A DNA stretch of 28,603 bases, taken from contig JBBIJB010000027.1 in the NCBI GenBank assembly GCA_037446215.1, positions 1-28,603 on the forward strand, in the 5' to 3' direction. The position numbers were made by a program, and so were the translations under genes. Below the pieces are notes generated by a model. That model had not been told where the DNA came from, searched no databases, and worked only from the letters and a program-made list of their open reading frames with translations. The DNA is from Armatimonadota bacterium. GTDB lineage: Bacteria > Sysuimicrobiota > Sysuimicrobiia > Sysuimicrobiales > Humicultoraceae. This document shows positions 10,239 to 20,092 of this stretch, piece after piece; within the stretch, counting starts at the first letter, position 1; every line of letters starts with the position of its first letter.

Positions 10239-10310
10239 ACGGCTTCCCCGGCGCGAGGGTCAAACTACAGTGATCGGGCGAGCCATCGACCGTTCCCCGG
10301 AGGCCTGTGG

Positions 10311-11792
10311 ATGAAGCGTATCGTTGTCGCGGTGTGCGTAGTCGCCGTGCTCCTCGGCGGAGCGTGGGCCTATCGCGCCGGGGAAGCGTCCAAGGCGGCA
10401 CCCGAAGGGCCGCGCACGGCCCGCGTCACGCGCGGGAATCTCGTCTCGAGCGTTTCGGCGACAGGTACACTGCGGCCCTACTCCCACGTGGAGGTTCGGT
10501 CGCGCTCCACGGGGACCGTGACCGAGGTCCACGTACAGGAGGGCGACCGGGTAGAGAAGGGACAGCTCCTGGTCCTGATCGACGACAGAGACGCCAGGGC
10601 AGACTACGAGATCAGGCGGTCGCAGCTCGCCTCGGCACAGGCCAGGCTCCAGCAGGCCCAGAGCCAACTCGCCACCTCCAGGGTGCAGAACGCAATGCGG
10701 ATCGCGGAGGCCTCCTCCGCGCTCGCCACCTCCAACGCGAGGCTGGCGCAGCTGCTGGCGGGATCGCGCCCCGAGCAGATAGACCAGTCACGGGAGTCGG
10801 TGAGGCAGGCGGAGCTCTCACTGGAGTCCGCCCGCCTGCACCTCGCGCGCACACAGGATCTCTTCTCCGGGGGCTTCGTGTCTAAGGCCTCTCTGGACCA
10901 GGCCCAGAACCAGCACGACTCGGCGCAGGCTCAGCTGCGCGCCGCGCAGGCCCGCCTCCGCGAGCTGACTGCCGGCAGCCGCCCCGAGGAGATAGAGGTA
11001 GCGCGCGCGCAGGTGCGACAGGCCGAGTCCGCGGTGGCCCTGACGAGGGCGGCTCAGCTGGCGGAGCGCTCGCTCGAGGCAGAGGTCAGGTCAGCCGAGG
11101 CGCAGGTCCGCACGGTGACCGCGCAGGAGGCCCAGGCGCGCGACAGGCTGGGCGAGACACGCATAGCGGCGCCGATAGCGGGGATAGTCGCCCGCCAGCT
11201 CGTCCAGGTCGGTCAGTCGGTCATCGGCGGGCTGACCGGCGGGGGCACGCTGGTGATGACGATCGCCGACGTTCAGGCGATCCAGGCCCAGGTGGGCGTC
11301 GACGAGTCGGACGTGGCACAGCTCGCGGTAGGGATGCCGGTGCGGATCACGGCCGACGCGCTGCCCCGCCGCACCTTCGAGGGCAAGATCACGAGGATCG
11401 CCCCCCAGTCGGTAGTGGTCCAGAACGTGACGCAGTACGAGGTGGTAGTAGACGTCGAGAACCCCGATCCGGCGCTGCGGCTGGGCATGAGCGTGGACGC
11501 CGAGTTCATAGTGAGCGAGAGGCTGGGCGTGCCCCTGGTCCCGTCGGAGGCGATCAGGGGGCAGGATGCCAGGGTCGTCATCGTGGTCGAAGGTACCAAG
11601 ATGAGGGCGGTCGTCGTCACCACAGGTGCGAGCGACGGCCGCCGGGTCGAGATAGTCGAGGGTGTCGAGATAGGGCAGACGGTCTACCTGGGCCCTGCCA
11701 GGCAGGGCTCCGCCTCGACCTCCCGGCCGCAGACCACCAGCCCCTTCGCGCCGCGGTTCCCCACCAGGCCGTCCTCCCCGCCGGCAAGATGA
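10311..11792 (+). CDS. Efflux membrane fusion protein (MacA/HlyD-like) with a long coiled coil
   Basis: N-terminal TM helix, lipoyl halves (EGDRVEKGQLL; IAAPIAGIV), duplicated AGSRPEQI/EEI coiled coil, VDESDV...GMPV...LRLGMSV. Confidence 0.93.
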   Translation: MKRIVVAVCVVAVLLGGAWAYRAGEASKAAPEGPRTARVTRGNLVSSVSATGTLRPYSHVEVRSRSTGTVTEVHVQEGDRVEKGQLLVLIDDRDARADYEIRRSQLASAQARLQQAQSQLATSRVQNAMRIAEASSALATSNARLAQLLAGSRPEQIDQSRESVRQAELSLESARLHLARTQDLFSGGFVSKASLDQAQNQHDSAQAQLRAAQARLRELTAGSRPEEIEVARAQVRQAESAVALTRAAQLAERSLEAEVRSAEAQVRTVTAQEAQARDRLGETRIAAPIAGIVARQLVQVGQSVIGGLTGGGTLVMTIADVQAIQAQVGVDESDVAQLAVGMPVRITADALPRRTFEGKITRIAPQSVVVQNVTQYEVVVDVENPDPALRLGMSVDAEFIVSERLGVPLVPSEAIRGQDARVVIVVEGTKMRAVVVTTGASDGRRVEIVEGVEIGQTVYLGPARQGSASTSRPQTTSPFAPRFPTRPSSPPAR

Positions 11793-12505
11793 TCGGCGCG
11801 GGCAGAGAAGGGGGGCCGGGCGTCATGCCGCTGATCGACATGCGCGGCGTGGATAAGGTCTACCGCATGGACGGCGTGGAGGTCCACGCGCTGCGGGGGA
11901 TCTCGCTGACGGTCGAGCCCGGCGAGTTCGTCGCGATAATGGGGCCGAGCGGCTCGGGGAAGTCAACCTGCATGAACATCCTGGGTTGCCTGGACCGGCC
12001 CACGGGCGGGACGTACACCCTGGAGGGAACCGACGTCACCACGCTCGATGATGTGTCGCTCGCGAGGATCCGGAATCGCAGGATGGGGTTCGTCTTCCAG
12101 TCGTACAACCTGCTGCCCCGCACGCCGGCGATCGAGAACGTCGAGCTGCCCATGATCTATGCCGGGATTCACGACCGCCGGTCCCGCGCGAAGGCCGCGC
12201 TCGAATCGGTGGGGCTCGAGGGGCGGATGTGGCACCTGCCCACCCAGCTCTCCGGCGGGGAGCAGCAGCGCGTGGCGATCGCACGGGCCCTGGTGATGTC
12301 GCCCTCGATCGTCCTCGCGGATGAGCCGACCGGGAACCTGGACACGGCGACCGCGTCGGAGATCATGGCCCTGCTCGACCGGATGAGCCGCCGCGGGATC
12401 ACGGTCGTCCTGGTGACGCACGAGGCGGACATCGCCGCCCGCGCGAGGAGACACGTGCTCTTTCGGGACGGCCGCATCGTGCACGACGCCCCGGTCGGAC
12501 CATGA
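11789..12505 (+). CDS. ABC transporter ATP-binding protein, MacB/LolD family
   Basis: [43 protein letters not shown] and VTHE. ATGA overlap with the upstream gene; alternative start at ATG 11825. Confidence 0.96.
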   Translation: MIGAGREGGPGVMPLIDMRGVDKVYRMDGVEVHALRGISLTVEPGEFVAIMGPSGSGKSTCMNILGCLDRPTGGTYTLEGTDVTTLDDVSLARIRNRRMGFVFQSYNLLPRTPAIENVELPMIYAGIHDRRSRAKAALESVGLEGRMWHLPTQLSGGEQQRVAIARALVMSPSIVLADEPTGNLDTATASEIMALLDRMSRRGITVVLVTHEADIAARARRHVLFRDGRIVHDAPVGP

Positions 12506-13713
12506 ACCTGGGCGTGAGCTTCCGAATCGCCCTCCGCGCGATGGCGGCCAACCCCCTGCGATCGCTCCTCACGGCGCTGGGGGTAATCATCGGGGTAGGC
12601 GCCGTTATCGCAATGGTCGCGATAGGCCAGGGGGCCAGGGCCGCGGTCACCGAGCGCGTGCAGTCGCTCGGCACCAACCTGCTCTCCGTCTTCGCCGGGG
12701 CGGCCCAGACGGGCCGCATAGCCCGCATCGACCAGGTGCGGACGCTCACCCTCGAGGACGCCGAGGCGATAAGGGCAGAGGTCCCCGGCGTAACGGGCGT
12801 CAGCGCGGAGTTCTCGCGCCAGGCTCAGGTGGTCTACCTTGGAGAGAACGTCTACACTCAGGTCTCCGGCGTGACCCCCGAGTTCCAGAGCGTGCGCAAC
12901 TTCAAGGCCGCAACGGGCGACTTCATCACCGACGCCGACATACGCAGCCGGGCGAAGGTGGCCCTTGTGGGAAAGACCGTCGCTGGAAAGCTCTTCCCCG
13001 AGGGGGATCCCATCGGCCAGAGGATCAAGATCAGGGGGATCACCTTCACGGTGGTCGGCGTGATGGAGGAGAAGGGCTCTGCGGGCTTCTCGGACCGCGA
13101 CGACGTCGTCTTCGTGCCGCTCTCGACGGCGCAGCGCCGCCTGTTCGGGGTACAGCATGTGCGGGCGATACACGTCCAGATCGGATCGTCCGAGGAGATG
13201 GCCGCCGCGCAGGAGGCACTTCGCGAGGTGCTGCGCAGGCGCCACCGGCTGAGCCCCACCCAGGACGACGACTTCACCATCCGCAACCAGGCCGACGTCC
13301 TCCAGGCGTTCACGAGCGTCTCGCAGACCATGACCGTGCTGCTGGGCGGTATCGCGGCGGTCTCACTAATCGTCGGCGGCATAGGCATAATGAACATCAT
13401 GCTCGTGTCGGTGACGGAGCGCACACGGGAGATCGGGATCCGCAAGGCCGTCGGGGCCCGGCGGAGGGACATCCTCCTGCAGTTCCTCGTCGAGTCGGTC
13501 TCGCTCAGCGTGACCGGGGGCGTGATCGGCGTCGGGCTCGGGATTGTCGGCTCACGGCTGATCAGCCGGTTCGCCGGCTGGACCACCGTGCTCTCTGCGC
13601 AGGCGATCCTGATGGCGTTCGTCTTCGCCGTAGCGGTGGGGGTGTTCTTTGGGCTCTACCCTGCGCAGCGAGCGGCGAGGCTCGATCCGATCGTTGCGCT
13701 CAGGCACGAGTAG
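12502..13713 (+). CDS. MacB-like ABC permease (FtsX domain)
   Basis: [46 protein letters not shown] and [21 protein letters not shown]. Confidence 0.96.
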   Translation: MNLGVSFRIALRAMAANPLRSLLTALGVIIGVGAVIAMVAIGQGARAAVTERVQSLGTNLLSVFAGAAQTGRIARIDQVRTLTLEDAEAIRAEVPGVTGVSAEFSRQAQVVYLGENVYTQVSGVTPEFQSVRNFKAATGDFITDADIRSRAKVALVGKTVAGKLFPEGDPIGQRIKIRGITFTVVGVMEEKGSAGFSDRDDVVFVPLSTAQRRLFGVQHVRAIHVQIGSSEEMAAAQEALREVLRRRHRLSPTQDDDFTIRNQADVLQAFTSVSQTMTVLLGGIAAVSLIVGGIGIMNIMLVSVTERTREIGIRKAVGARRRDILLQFLVESVSLSVTGGVIGVGLGIVGSRLISRFAGWTTVLSAQAILMAFVFAVAVGVFFGLYPAQRAARLDPIVALRHE

Positions 13714-13726
13714 CCGGAGGTTTGGG

Positions 13727-14305
13727 ATGAAGAAGCGGTGGGTGTGGGTCGGGGTCGTGGTGGCGGCAGCGGGGCTGGCCGCGGGAGGGTTCTACTACTA
13801 CGGGCTCCGCACAAGGCAGGCCGCGCAGCCCCAACGGCCGAGAGATCCGGGGTTCCTCGTGATAGCGTCCATACGCGCGCTCGAGCGCAACGAGGAGACC
13901 CGGCTCACAAAGGAGCAGGTCGTGCGCATCCTGCCCTTCGTGAAGGCGCTCAAGGACGTCCCCACGTCGGACTCCGAGGCGGCCGCGGTGATCGCGCGGG
14001 CAGTTGTCGAGGCGTTGACACCGGAACAGCGCGCCACGCTGGAGCAGATGCGAAAGCGCCTGCAGGAGGCGGCCCGCCAGCGAGGCTCGGCACCCGGGAT
14101 CCCCGGTGCGCCGGGAGGAGGAGTCGCAGGGCCGGGTCTCGGAGGCCCGGGCGGTCCTGGAGGCCCAGGCGGTCCTGGCTTCGGCCCGGGCGCAGGAGCA
14201 GGGGCAGGCGGTGCCGGCATGCTCAGCGATGAGGAGCGGGCCGAGATCCGCAAGCGCACCTTCGAAAGGGTGATACGATATCTGGAACGCAGGGCAAGGT
14301 CGTAG
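13727..14305 (+). CDS. Membrane-anchored periplasmic protein with LTxxQ motifs and a Gly/Pro-rich insert
   Basis: GGAGG RBS before ATG 13727. MKKRWVWVGVVVAAAGLAAGGFYYY anchor, LTKEQ and LTPEQ motifs, (GGP)4 tract. Confidence 0.82.
   Translation: MKKRWVWVGVVVAAAGLAAGGFYYYGLRTRQAAQPQRPRDPGFLVIASIRALERNEETRLTKEQVVRILPFVKALKDVPTSDSEAAAVIARAVVEALTPEQRATLEQMRKRLQEAARQRGSAPGIPGAPGGGVAGPGLGGPGGPGGPGGPGFGPGAGAGAGGAGMLSDEERAEIRKRTFERVIRYLERRARS
14141..14176 (+). repeat. Two tandem 18-bp units encoding GGPGGP
   Basis: ggaggcccgggcggtcct and ggaggcccaggcggtcct (one mismatch), in frame in the hypothetical gene. Confidence 0.8.
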
Positions 14306-14342
14306 GTCCCCCGGGGCCACACCCAGGAGGATGGGAGGAGTC

Positions 14343-15626
14343 ATGCGCACCACGGCGTTCATGGTTTCACTGCTGCTGCTAGGCACCCTAGCGCCAGGGC
14401 TGATGTCCAAGGCAGACGCCCAGACCCCGCGGCCGCACGTGCTGGCCGAGCTGGTCGCGATGGCTGATCAGCGTAATCCCGCGATAGCCGCGGCTCGCCA
14501 GTCGGTGGCCGCGGCCGAGGCCAGGGTCTCGCTGGCCAGGGCCGGCAGGGGGCCCACGGTCACGGCGACGGGCAGCGGCGCAACCGCCGGGGGAGGAACC
14601 CCCACCTCGACGCCCTCGTGGTCGAGCTCCACCGGCATATCGGCCTCGTACGTCGTCTACGACAACGGGCAGATGGTCATCGCAGTGCGCCAGGCCGAGG
14701 CTAACCTCAAGGCCGCCCAGATGGCGCTCGAGGCCGTCCGGCAGGACGTGGCGCTCACGGTGGCCGTCGCCTACGTCAACGTCCTGCGGGCCGAGCGTAC
14801 GGTGCTGCTCCGCCAGCAGGTCCTGGTGCAGAGCCAGGAGCTGCTGCGAGTTGCCGAGGGTCAGTTCCGGGCAGGCGTGGTACCGCGCGCCGACGTAGTG
14901 CGCGCGCAGTCGGGTCTGGCCTCGGCCGAAGGCGAGTTGATCGCCGCCCGCAACGCGGTCGACCAGGCCAAGGCGGTTCTCAACGTCGCTCTGGGGCAGG
15001 GACCCGCGGGATCGATCGCGGTCGCTCCGGCGCCGGCAGTGCCGACCCTGACGGTTTCGCAGGCCGATCTGGTGAGGCTCATCGAGCAGCGGCCCGAGGT
15101 GCGGCGCGTGCTGGCCGAGATAGAGGCGGCCGAGGCCGCCCTCGAGCTCGCGAGGGCCGCACGCGGTCTGCGTGCCACCCTGGACGGACGCGCGACCTAC
15201 CACTTTGCGCCGAACATCCAGACCACCTACTCGCTGGGCACCACGCTCAGCTTTCCGGTCTCGGACGCCGGCCGGATAGACTCCGGCGTCGCGGAGGCCA
15301 CGGCCGGCCTCGCGGGCGCGCGCGCCCGAGTGGAGACCGCCCGGCTGTCCGCGCAGCAGCAGGCGCTTGGAGGGATGCTCGGCATCCTGGATGCTCGGGC
15401 ACGGATCGCCAGCGCCAGGGCCGGCCTGGCCTTTGCCCAGGAGTCGCTGCGCCTCGCGCAGGGGCGATACGCGGCAGGCGCCGGTCCGATTCTGGAGGTC
15501 GTGGACGCGCAGACCGCTCTCGTACAGGCCGAGGTGACGCTTGCGCGCGCGGAGTTCGACGAGCTGGCCGCCGTCATCACGCTCCGCCACGGCCTGGGCC
15601 GCTCGGTCGTGGACGGCGGGATCTAG
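14343..15626 (+). CDS. TolC-family outer membrane efflux protein
   Basis: Signal peptide, NPAIAAARQ, two OEP repeats (QFRAGVVPRADVVRAQ; RYAAGAGPILEVVDAQ) and QRPEV. GGAGGAG precedes ATG 14343. Confidence 0.92.
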   Translation: MRTTAFMVSLLLLGTLAPGLMSKADAQTPRPHVLAELVAMADQRNPAIAAARQSVAAAEARVSLARAGRGPTVTATGSGATAGGGTPTSTPSWSSSTGISASYVVYDNGQMVIAVRQAEANLKAAQMALEAVRQDVALTVAVAYVNVLRAERTVLLRQQVLVQSQELLRVAEGQFRAGVVPRADVVRAQSGLASAEGELIAARNAVDQAKAVLNVALGQGPAGSIAVAPAPAVPTLTVSQADLVRLIEQRPEVRRVLAEIEAAEAALELARAARGLRATLDGRATYHFAPNIQTTYSLGTTLSFPVSDAGRIDSGVAEATAGLAGARARVETARLSAQQQALGGMLGILDARARIASARAGLAFAQESLRLAQGRYAAGAGPILEVVDAQTALVQAEVTLARAEFDELAAVITLRHGLGRSVVDGGI

Positions 15627-15664
15627 TAGACCCCCCGCGGGAGGCATAAGGGGAGTCAACGGCG

Positions 15665-15670
15665 TAGAAT
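15665..15670 (+). promoter_or_regulatory. -10 box for a probable leaderless ctpA transcript
   Basis: TAGAAT, 6 nt, ATG 15677. No Shine-Dalgarno and no clear -35. Confidence 0.5.
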
Positions 15671-15676
15671 AGAGAG

Positions 15677-17062
15677 ATGCGGACCCGCCTGGCCCTACTC
15701 GTAGCGGCACTGCTCGCGGCCGCCGCGTTTGCACCCGCGGCTCCGGCGCAGCAGCTAGATGCCGGCGCCTACGTCTTCCTCGAAAGCTACCGGATACTCA
15801 GGGATGAGAGCCTCGCCTCGCCCAGCGTCGAGGTACTCCTCCAGGGAGCCGATGCGGGTCTTCGATCGATGCTGCGCACAGAGGGACGGGATCCTTCGGC
15901 CCTCAGCCCCCTCTACCTGACAGGAGGGGAGCGGGTGGACCTCGACCAGGTCCTGCAGAGGATAGCCCAAGCCCAGGGGCTGTCCCGGGGGCGGTCAACC
16001 GCCGCCCATGCGGCCATCTCCGGAATGGTGGCGGCGCTGAGGGACACGAACAGCGCCTTCTTCGACCCCGACGCCTTTGCCCAGTTCCTGCGCCGCACGC
16101 AGGGCGACGAGTTCGTGGGCATCGGAATAGTGATCGAGGAGAGGGCCGGCCAGGTCGTCATCGTCGAGGTGATGTTGGGGACACCGGCCTCCGAGGCGGG
16201 CCTGCGGGAGGGCGATGTAGTAGGCGCGGTGGACGGTGTCCCCACTTCCGGACTCACCCTCGACCAGGTCAGCCAGATGATTCGCGGCCTGGAGGGCACA
16301 CAGGTCATGCTGGCGATCCAGCGTTCCGGCACGGAGGCGGCCGTTCAGTTCACGATCACCCGCAGGCGAATACTGCAGCGAGTCGTGGCCACGCACACCC
16401 CCGCGTCGGGAGTCGGGCACCTCCGGGTGATGCAGTTCACCCAGCATGCGCCAGACATGGTCTCCTCCGGACTGCGGGAGCTGCTCGAAGGCAAGGCACG
16501 GGGCATAGTCCTGGACCTGAGGGGTAATCCCGGCGGGCTCCTCGACGCCGCGGTCAGCATAGCGAGCCACTTCCTGGAGAGGGGACCGGTCGTCACCCTA
16601 GAGACCGGCCGAGGCACCTCGACAACCTACCTGGTGCGGCCGCGTGCTCCGAGGCACACGGGGCCTCTGGTGGTGCTGGTCGATAGGGGCAGCGCCAGCG
16701 CCTCCGAGGTGGTTGCCGGCGCCCTGCAGGACTCCGGGATCAAGCTCGTGGGCACCAGGACCTACGGCAAGGCCACGGTCCAGGCGATCTTCCGGCTGCG
16801 CGACGGCAGCGGCATCAGGCTAACGGTTTCGCGGTATCTCACGCCGCGGGGCCGCGACGTCGAGGGAAGGGGCCTTCACCCGGATGTCGAGGTGGCAACA
16901 GGCGGGGCCGCGATCGGCGGCTCCAACGACGCCCCGCTGAACCTCGCCATCTCTATGCTTGCCCAGGCGGGTCTGGGACTCCCCGGCCCGGCCGCTGTTC
17001 CCTCACTCCAGGCGACCGCCAGGACCCCGGTCGCCTTTGCCTCCGGGCAGAAGGGGGACTGA
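15677..17062 (+). CDS. S41A C-terminal processing peptidase (CtpA-like, PDZ domain)
   Basis: Signal peptide, PDZ (FVGIGIV...GLREGDVVGAVDG), DLRGNPGGLL, catalytic SASASE and TYGKATVQ, RYLTPRG...GLHPD. Confidence 0.94.
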   Translation: MRTRLALLVAALLAAAAFAPAAPAQQLDAGAYVFLESYRILRDESLASPSVEVLLQGADAGLRSMLRTEGRDPSALSPLYLTGGERVDLDQVLQRIAQAQGLSRGRSTAAHAAISGMVAALRDTNSAFFDPDAFAQFLRRTQGDEFVGIGIVIEERAGQVVIVEVMLGTPASEAGLREGDVVGAVDGVPTSGLTLDQVSQMIRGLEGTQVMLAIQRSGTEAAVQFTITRRRILQRVVATHTPASGVGHLRVMQFTQHAPDMVSSGLRELLEGKARGIVLDLRGNPGGLLDAAVSIASHFLERGPVVTLETGRGTSTTYLVRPRAPRHTGPLVVLVDRGSASASEVVAGALQDSGIKLVGTRTYGKATVQAIFRLRDGSGIRLTVSRYLTPRGRDVEGRGLHPDVEVATGGAAIGGSNDAPLNLAISMLAQAGLGLPGPAAVPSLQATARTPVAFASGQKGD

Positions 17063-18829
17063 ATGCCGGTACTGGGGATCGTTCGCCGTGGACGCTACTT
17101 CGACTCCGTGACGCTGATGCTGGCACAGAAGCAGGCGCGCGAGCAGCCCGGGGTCGACGAGGCCGGCGTGGTGATGGCGACCGACGCCAACAAGGCCCTG
17201 CTCACAGACAGCGGCCTGGGGTTCACCGACCTGGCCGGTGCGGGGTCGGAGGATCTGGTGGTCGTGGTGCGGGCGGCGAGCGAGGAGCAGGCCAGGGCGG
17301 CCGCGGCGGTGGCGGAAGAGGGGTTGACGAGACGACGCCCTGCGGACGCAGGCGGCTCCTACCGCCCCAAGACGGTCGCCACCGCGGTCCGGCAACTGCC
17401 TGAGGCCTCGGTCGCCGTGGTCTCCGTGCCCGGGAGGTTTGCGCACTCGGTGGCGCGCGAGGCGCTCGACGCGGGTCTGCACGTGCTCCTGTTCTCCGAC
17501 AACGTACCTATAGAGCACGAGATCGAGCTCAAGGCACGGAGCCGCGAGCGAGGGCTGCTCCTGATGGGGCCCGACTGCGGGACCGCGATCGTCGGCGGGG
17601 CCGCGCTTGGATTCGCCAACAGCGTGAGGAGCGGCCGCATCGGCCTGGTTGGGGCGGCGGGGACGGGGCTGCAGGAGGTATCCTCCCTGATCCACCGGTA
17701 CGGCGGCGGAATCACACACGCCATCGGCACAGGAGGACGCGACCTCTCCTCGGCGGTCGGCGGGGCGACGATGCTGCAGGGGGTTCGCGCCCTCGCGCTG
17801 GACCCGAGGACCCACGTGATCGTGCTGGTGAGCAAGCCGCCCTCGGCCGAGGTGGCGGGCAAGATCCTGGCCGCGTCCGCGGCGGCCGGCAAGCCGGTGA
17901 TCGCGGCGTTCGTGGGGGCGCACGTGGAGCCCTCCGGACAGGTGCGGGGCGCCGCCACGCTCGAGGAGGCGGCCCGGGCGGCGGTTGAGATCGCCTACGG
18001 GTTTGAGGTTCCCCCCCCGGCCCTGCGCTCGCTTCCATCGCAGGAGGCGGGAAGGCTCTCCTCCGCCCAGCGCTACATCCGGGGGCTCTACAGCGGGGGA
18101 ACGCTGGGCTACGAGGCGCTCGTGATGCTGCGCCAGCACGTGGGGCCGGTGCTCTCCAACTCCCCCCTGAACGCCTCCGAGACCCTGGAGCCGGTGACCC
18201 GGAGCCGCGAGCACTCGGTGATCGACATGGGCGGGGACGAGTTCACGCAGAGCCGGCTCCACCCGATGCTGGATCCGACGCTTCGTCTGCAGCGGATCCG
18301 CCAGGAGGCGGCAGACCCCGAGAGCGCGGTCCTCCTGCTCGACGTCGTCCTCGGATACGCCAGTCACCCGGATCCGGCAGGAGCGCTCGCTCCCACCATC
18401 CGAGAGATCTGCGAGAGCAGCCGAGGATCGGGTTGCCGCATCTGCATAGTAGGATCGGTCTGCGGGACCGACGACGATCCGCAGATGGCGTCCTCGCAGC
18501 GTGATGCGCTGATCGATGCCGGGATGCTTGTCGAGGCGAGCAACGCGAGGGCGGTGCGCCTGGCAGGCCTGATCGCCGAGGCGCGAGGCGCCCGGGGAGG
18601 GCCCGCTGAGCCCCCCCGCATCTCGGCGGCGGGATCGGCGCCTGGCTGGCCGGAGGTGGGAGCGATCAGTTCACTGCTCGGCTCGCGCCCAGCCGTGGTC
18701 AACGTCGGGCTCGATCTGTTCGCGGAGAGCCTGGCCGCGCAGGGCGTTCCGGTGGTGTCGGTCGACTGGCAGCCGCCTGCCTCAGGGAAGACCCACCTGC
18801 TCGACCTTCTCGACAGACTCGAGGCGTAG
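17063..18829 (+). CDS. fdrA: FdrA / AllF-like acyl-CoA synthetase-fold protein (oxamate carbamoyltransferase subunit homolog)
   Basis: YFDSVTLM, VMATDANK, SVPG, FSDNV, MGPDCGT, GTGGRDL, RGLYSGGTL, DMGGDEFT...HPMLDP, LDVVLGY and the C-terminal NVGL...DWQPPA domain. Confidence 0.93.
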   Translation: MPVLGIVRRGRYFDSVTLMLAQKQAREQPGVDEAGVVMATDANKALLTDSGLGFTDLAGAGSEDLVVVVRAASEEQARAAAAVAEEGLTRRRPADAGGSYRPKTVATAVRQLPEASVAVVSVPGRFAHSVAREALDAGLHVLLFSDNVPIEHEIELKARSRERGLLLMGPDCGTAIVGGAALGFANSVRSGRIGLVGAAGTGLQEVSSLIHRYGGGITHAIGTGGRDLSSAVGGATMLQGVRALALDPRTHVIVLVSKPPSAEVAGKILAASAAAGKPVIAAFVGAHVEPSGQVRGAATLEEAARAAVEIAYGFEVPPPALRSLPSQEAGRLSSAQRYIRGLYSGGTLGYEALVMLRQHVGPVLSNSPLNASETLEPVTRSREHSVIDMGGDEFTQSRLHPMLDPTLRLQRIRQEAADPESAVLLLDVVLGYASHPDPAGALAPTIREICESSRGSGCRICIVGSVCGTDDDPQMASSQRDALIDAGMLVEASNARAVRLAGLIAEARGARGGPAEPPRISAAGSAPGWPEVGAISSLLGSRPAVVNVGLDLFAESLAAQGVPVVSVDWQPPASGKTHLLDLLDRLEA

Positions 18830-18847
18830 ATGCCGGAGGGCACCCAG

Positions 18848-20092
18848 ATGGATATTAAGGCTGCAAACGCGGTAGTGCTCGAGCGGATAGTCGCGTCACA
18901 GCCCTACCTGACAGGAGTGGGCCGGGCCGCCGACCTGATACCGGGGATGCGTCGAGACCTGATCCTGCATGCCGGCCCTCCCATCGAGTGGTCGAGGATG
19001 TCCGGACCCCTCAAGGGCGCGGTCATAGGAGGGTTGATCTTCGAGGGCCTGGCCGCCGACGAGCGGGAGGCCCTGTCACTCGCCGAACGGGGGGGCGTCG
19101 AGTTCGCGCCGTGCCACCACCACGCGGCCGTCGGACCGATGGCAGGGGTGACGACGGCGTCGATGATGGTCTACGCCGTCGAGAACCGGGCCTTCGGCAA
19201 CAAGGCGTTCTCGAACTTCAACGAGGGCTACGGGAAGGTGCTCCGCTTCGGCGCGTACAGCGAGGAGGTCCTTGCCAGGCTCAGGTGGATCAACGACACC
19301 CTGGCCCCGGCGGTGGGCCAGGCCCTTGTGCGGGCCGGGGGGCTGGACATGAAGGGTCTGATCTCCCTGCAGCTCACTATGGGCGACGAGGGGCACAACC
19401 GCAACAGGGCCGGCTCGGCGACCTTCGGCCGGATGCTGGCGCCGCACCTGGCCCGGATCGGACTCGAGGCCGAGACCCTGGAAGCGGTGCTCAGGTACTT
19501 CGCCGACAACGACCTGGCGGTACTGAACGCGGTGATGGCTTCGTGCAAGGCGACGATGGACGCGGCGCACGGGGTGGAAGGTAGTACCGTGGTGACGTGC
19601 ATGGCGCGCAACGGTACCGACTTCGGCATCCGCGTCTCGGGGCTCGGCGATAGGTGGTTCGTCGCGCCCGCGGAGGTTCCGGTGGGGCTCTACTTCCCTG
19701 GGTTCTCGAGCGAGCACGCCAACCGCGACATCGGTGACTCTACCATCACGGAGACCGCCGGCATCGGCGCGTTCGCGATGGCCGCGGCCCCGGCCATCGT
19801 GAAGTTCGTGGGCGGCACGCCTTCCGAGGCGGTCGCCGCGACCCTCGAGATGTACGAGATCACGGTAGGCGAGAACCCCGCGTTCGGGCTGCCTCCACTG
19901 GACTTCCGCGGGACCCCGACAGGGGTGGATATCAGGAAGGTAGTGCGCACGGGAATAACCCCACGGATCAACACCGGGATAGCGCACCGAGAGCCCGGCG
20001 TCGGCCAGGTCGGGGCAGGATTGGTGAGGCCGCCCATCGCCTGCTTCGAGCAGGCGGTCGAGGCGATGGCCGCACAGATTGGAGGGGTTTGA
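18848..20092 (+). CDS. ylbE: DUF1116 YlbE / AllG-like protein
   Basis: ILHAGPPI, PCHHHAAVGPMAG, NEGYGKVLRFGA, MGDEGHNRN, MARNGTDFGIRVSG, DIGDSTITETAG and PRINTGIAHREPGVGQVGAG. GGAGG precedes ATG 18848 (the track starts at 18830). Confidence 0.93.
   Translation: MDIKAANAVVLERIVASQPYLTGVGRAADLIPGMRRDLILHAGPPIEWSRMSGPLKGAVIGGLIFEGLAADEREALSLAERGGVEFAPCHHHAAVGPMAGVTTASMMVYAVENRAFGNKAFSNFNEGYGKVLRFGAYSEEVLARLRWINDTLAPAVGQALVRAGGLDMKGLISLQLTMGDEGHNRNRAGSATFGRMLAPHLARIGLEAETLEAVLRYFADNDLAVLNAVMASCKATMDAAHGVEGSTVVTCMARNGTDFGIRVSGLGDRWFVAPAEVPVGLYFPGFSSEHANRDIGDSTITETAGIGAFAMAAAPAIVKFVGGTPSEAVAATLEMYEITVGENPAFGLPPLDFRGTPTGVDIRKVVRTGITPRINTGIAHREPGVGQVGAGLVRPPIACFEQAVEAMAAQIGGV

Noticed and set aside
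14100..14220. Collagen-like or CRISPR-like repeat
   Set aside because: Only a short in-frame GGP tract. Too short for a triple helix and has no spacers.
18660..18829. FdrA C-terminal NVGL...DWQPPA domain as a novel fusion
   Set aside because: This domain is a normal part of FdrA/YahG-type systems.
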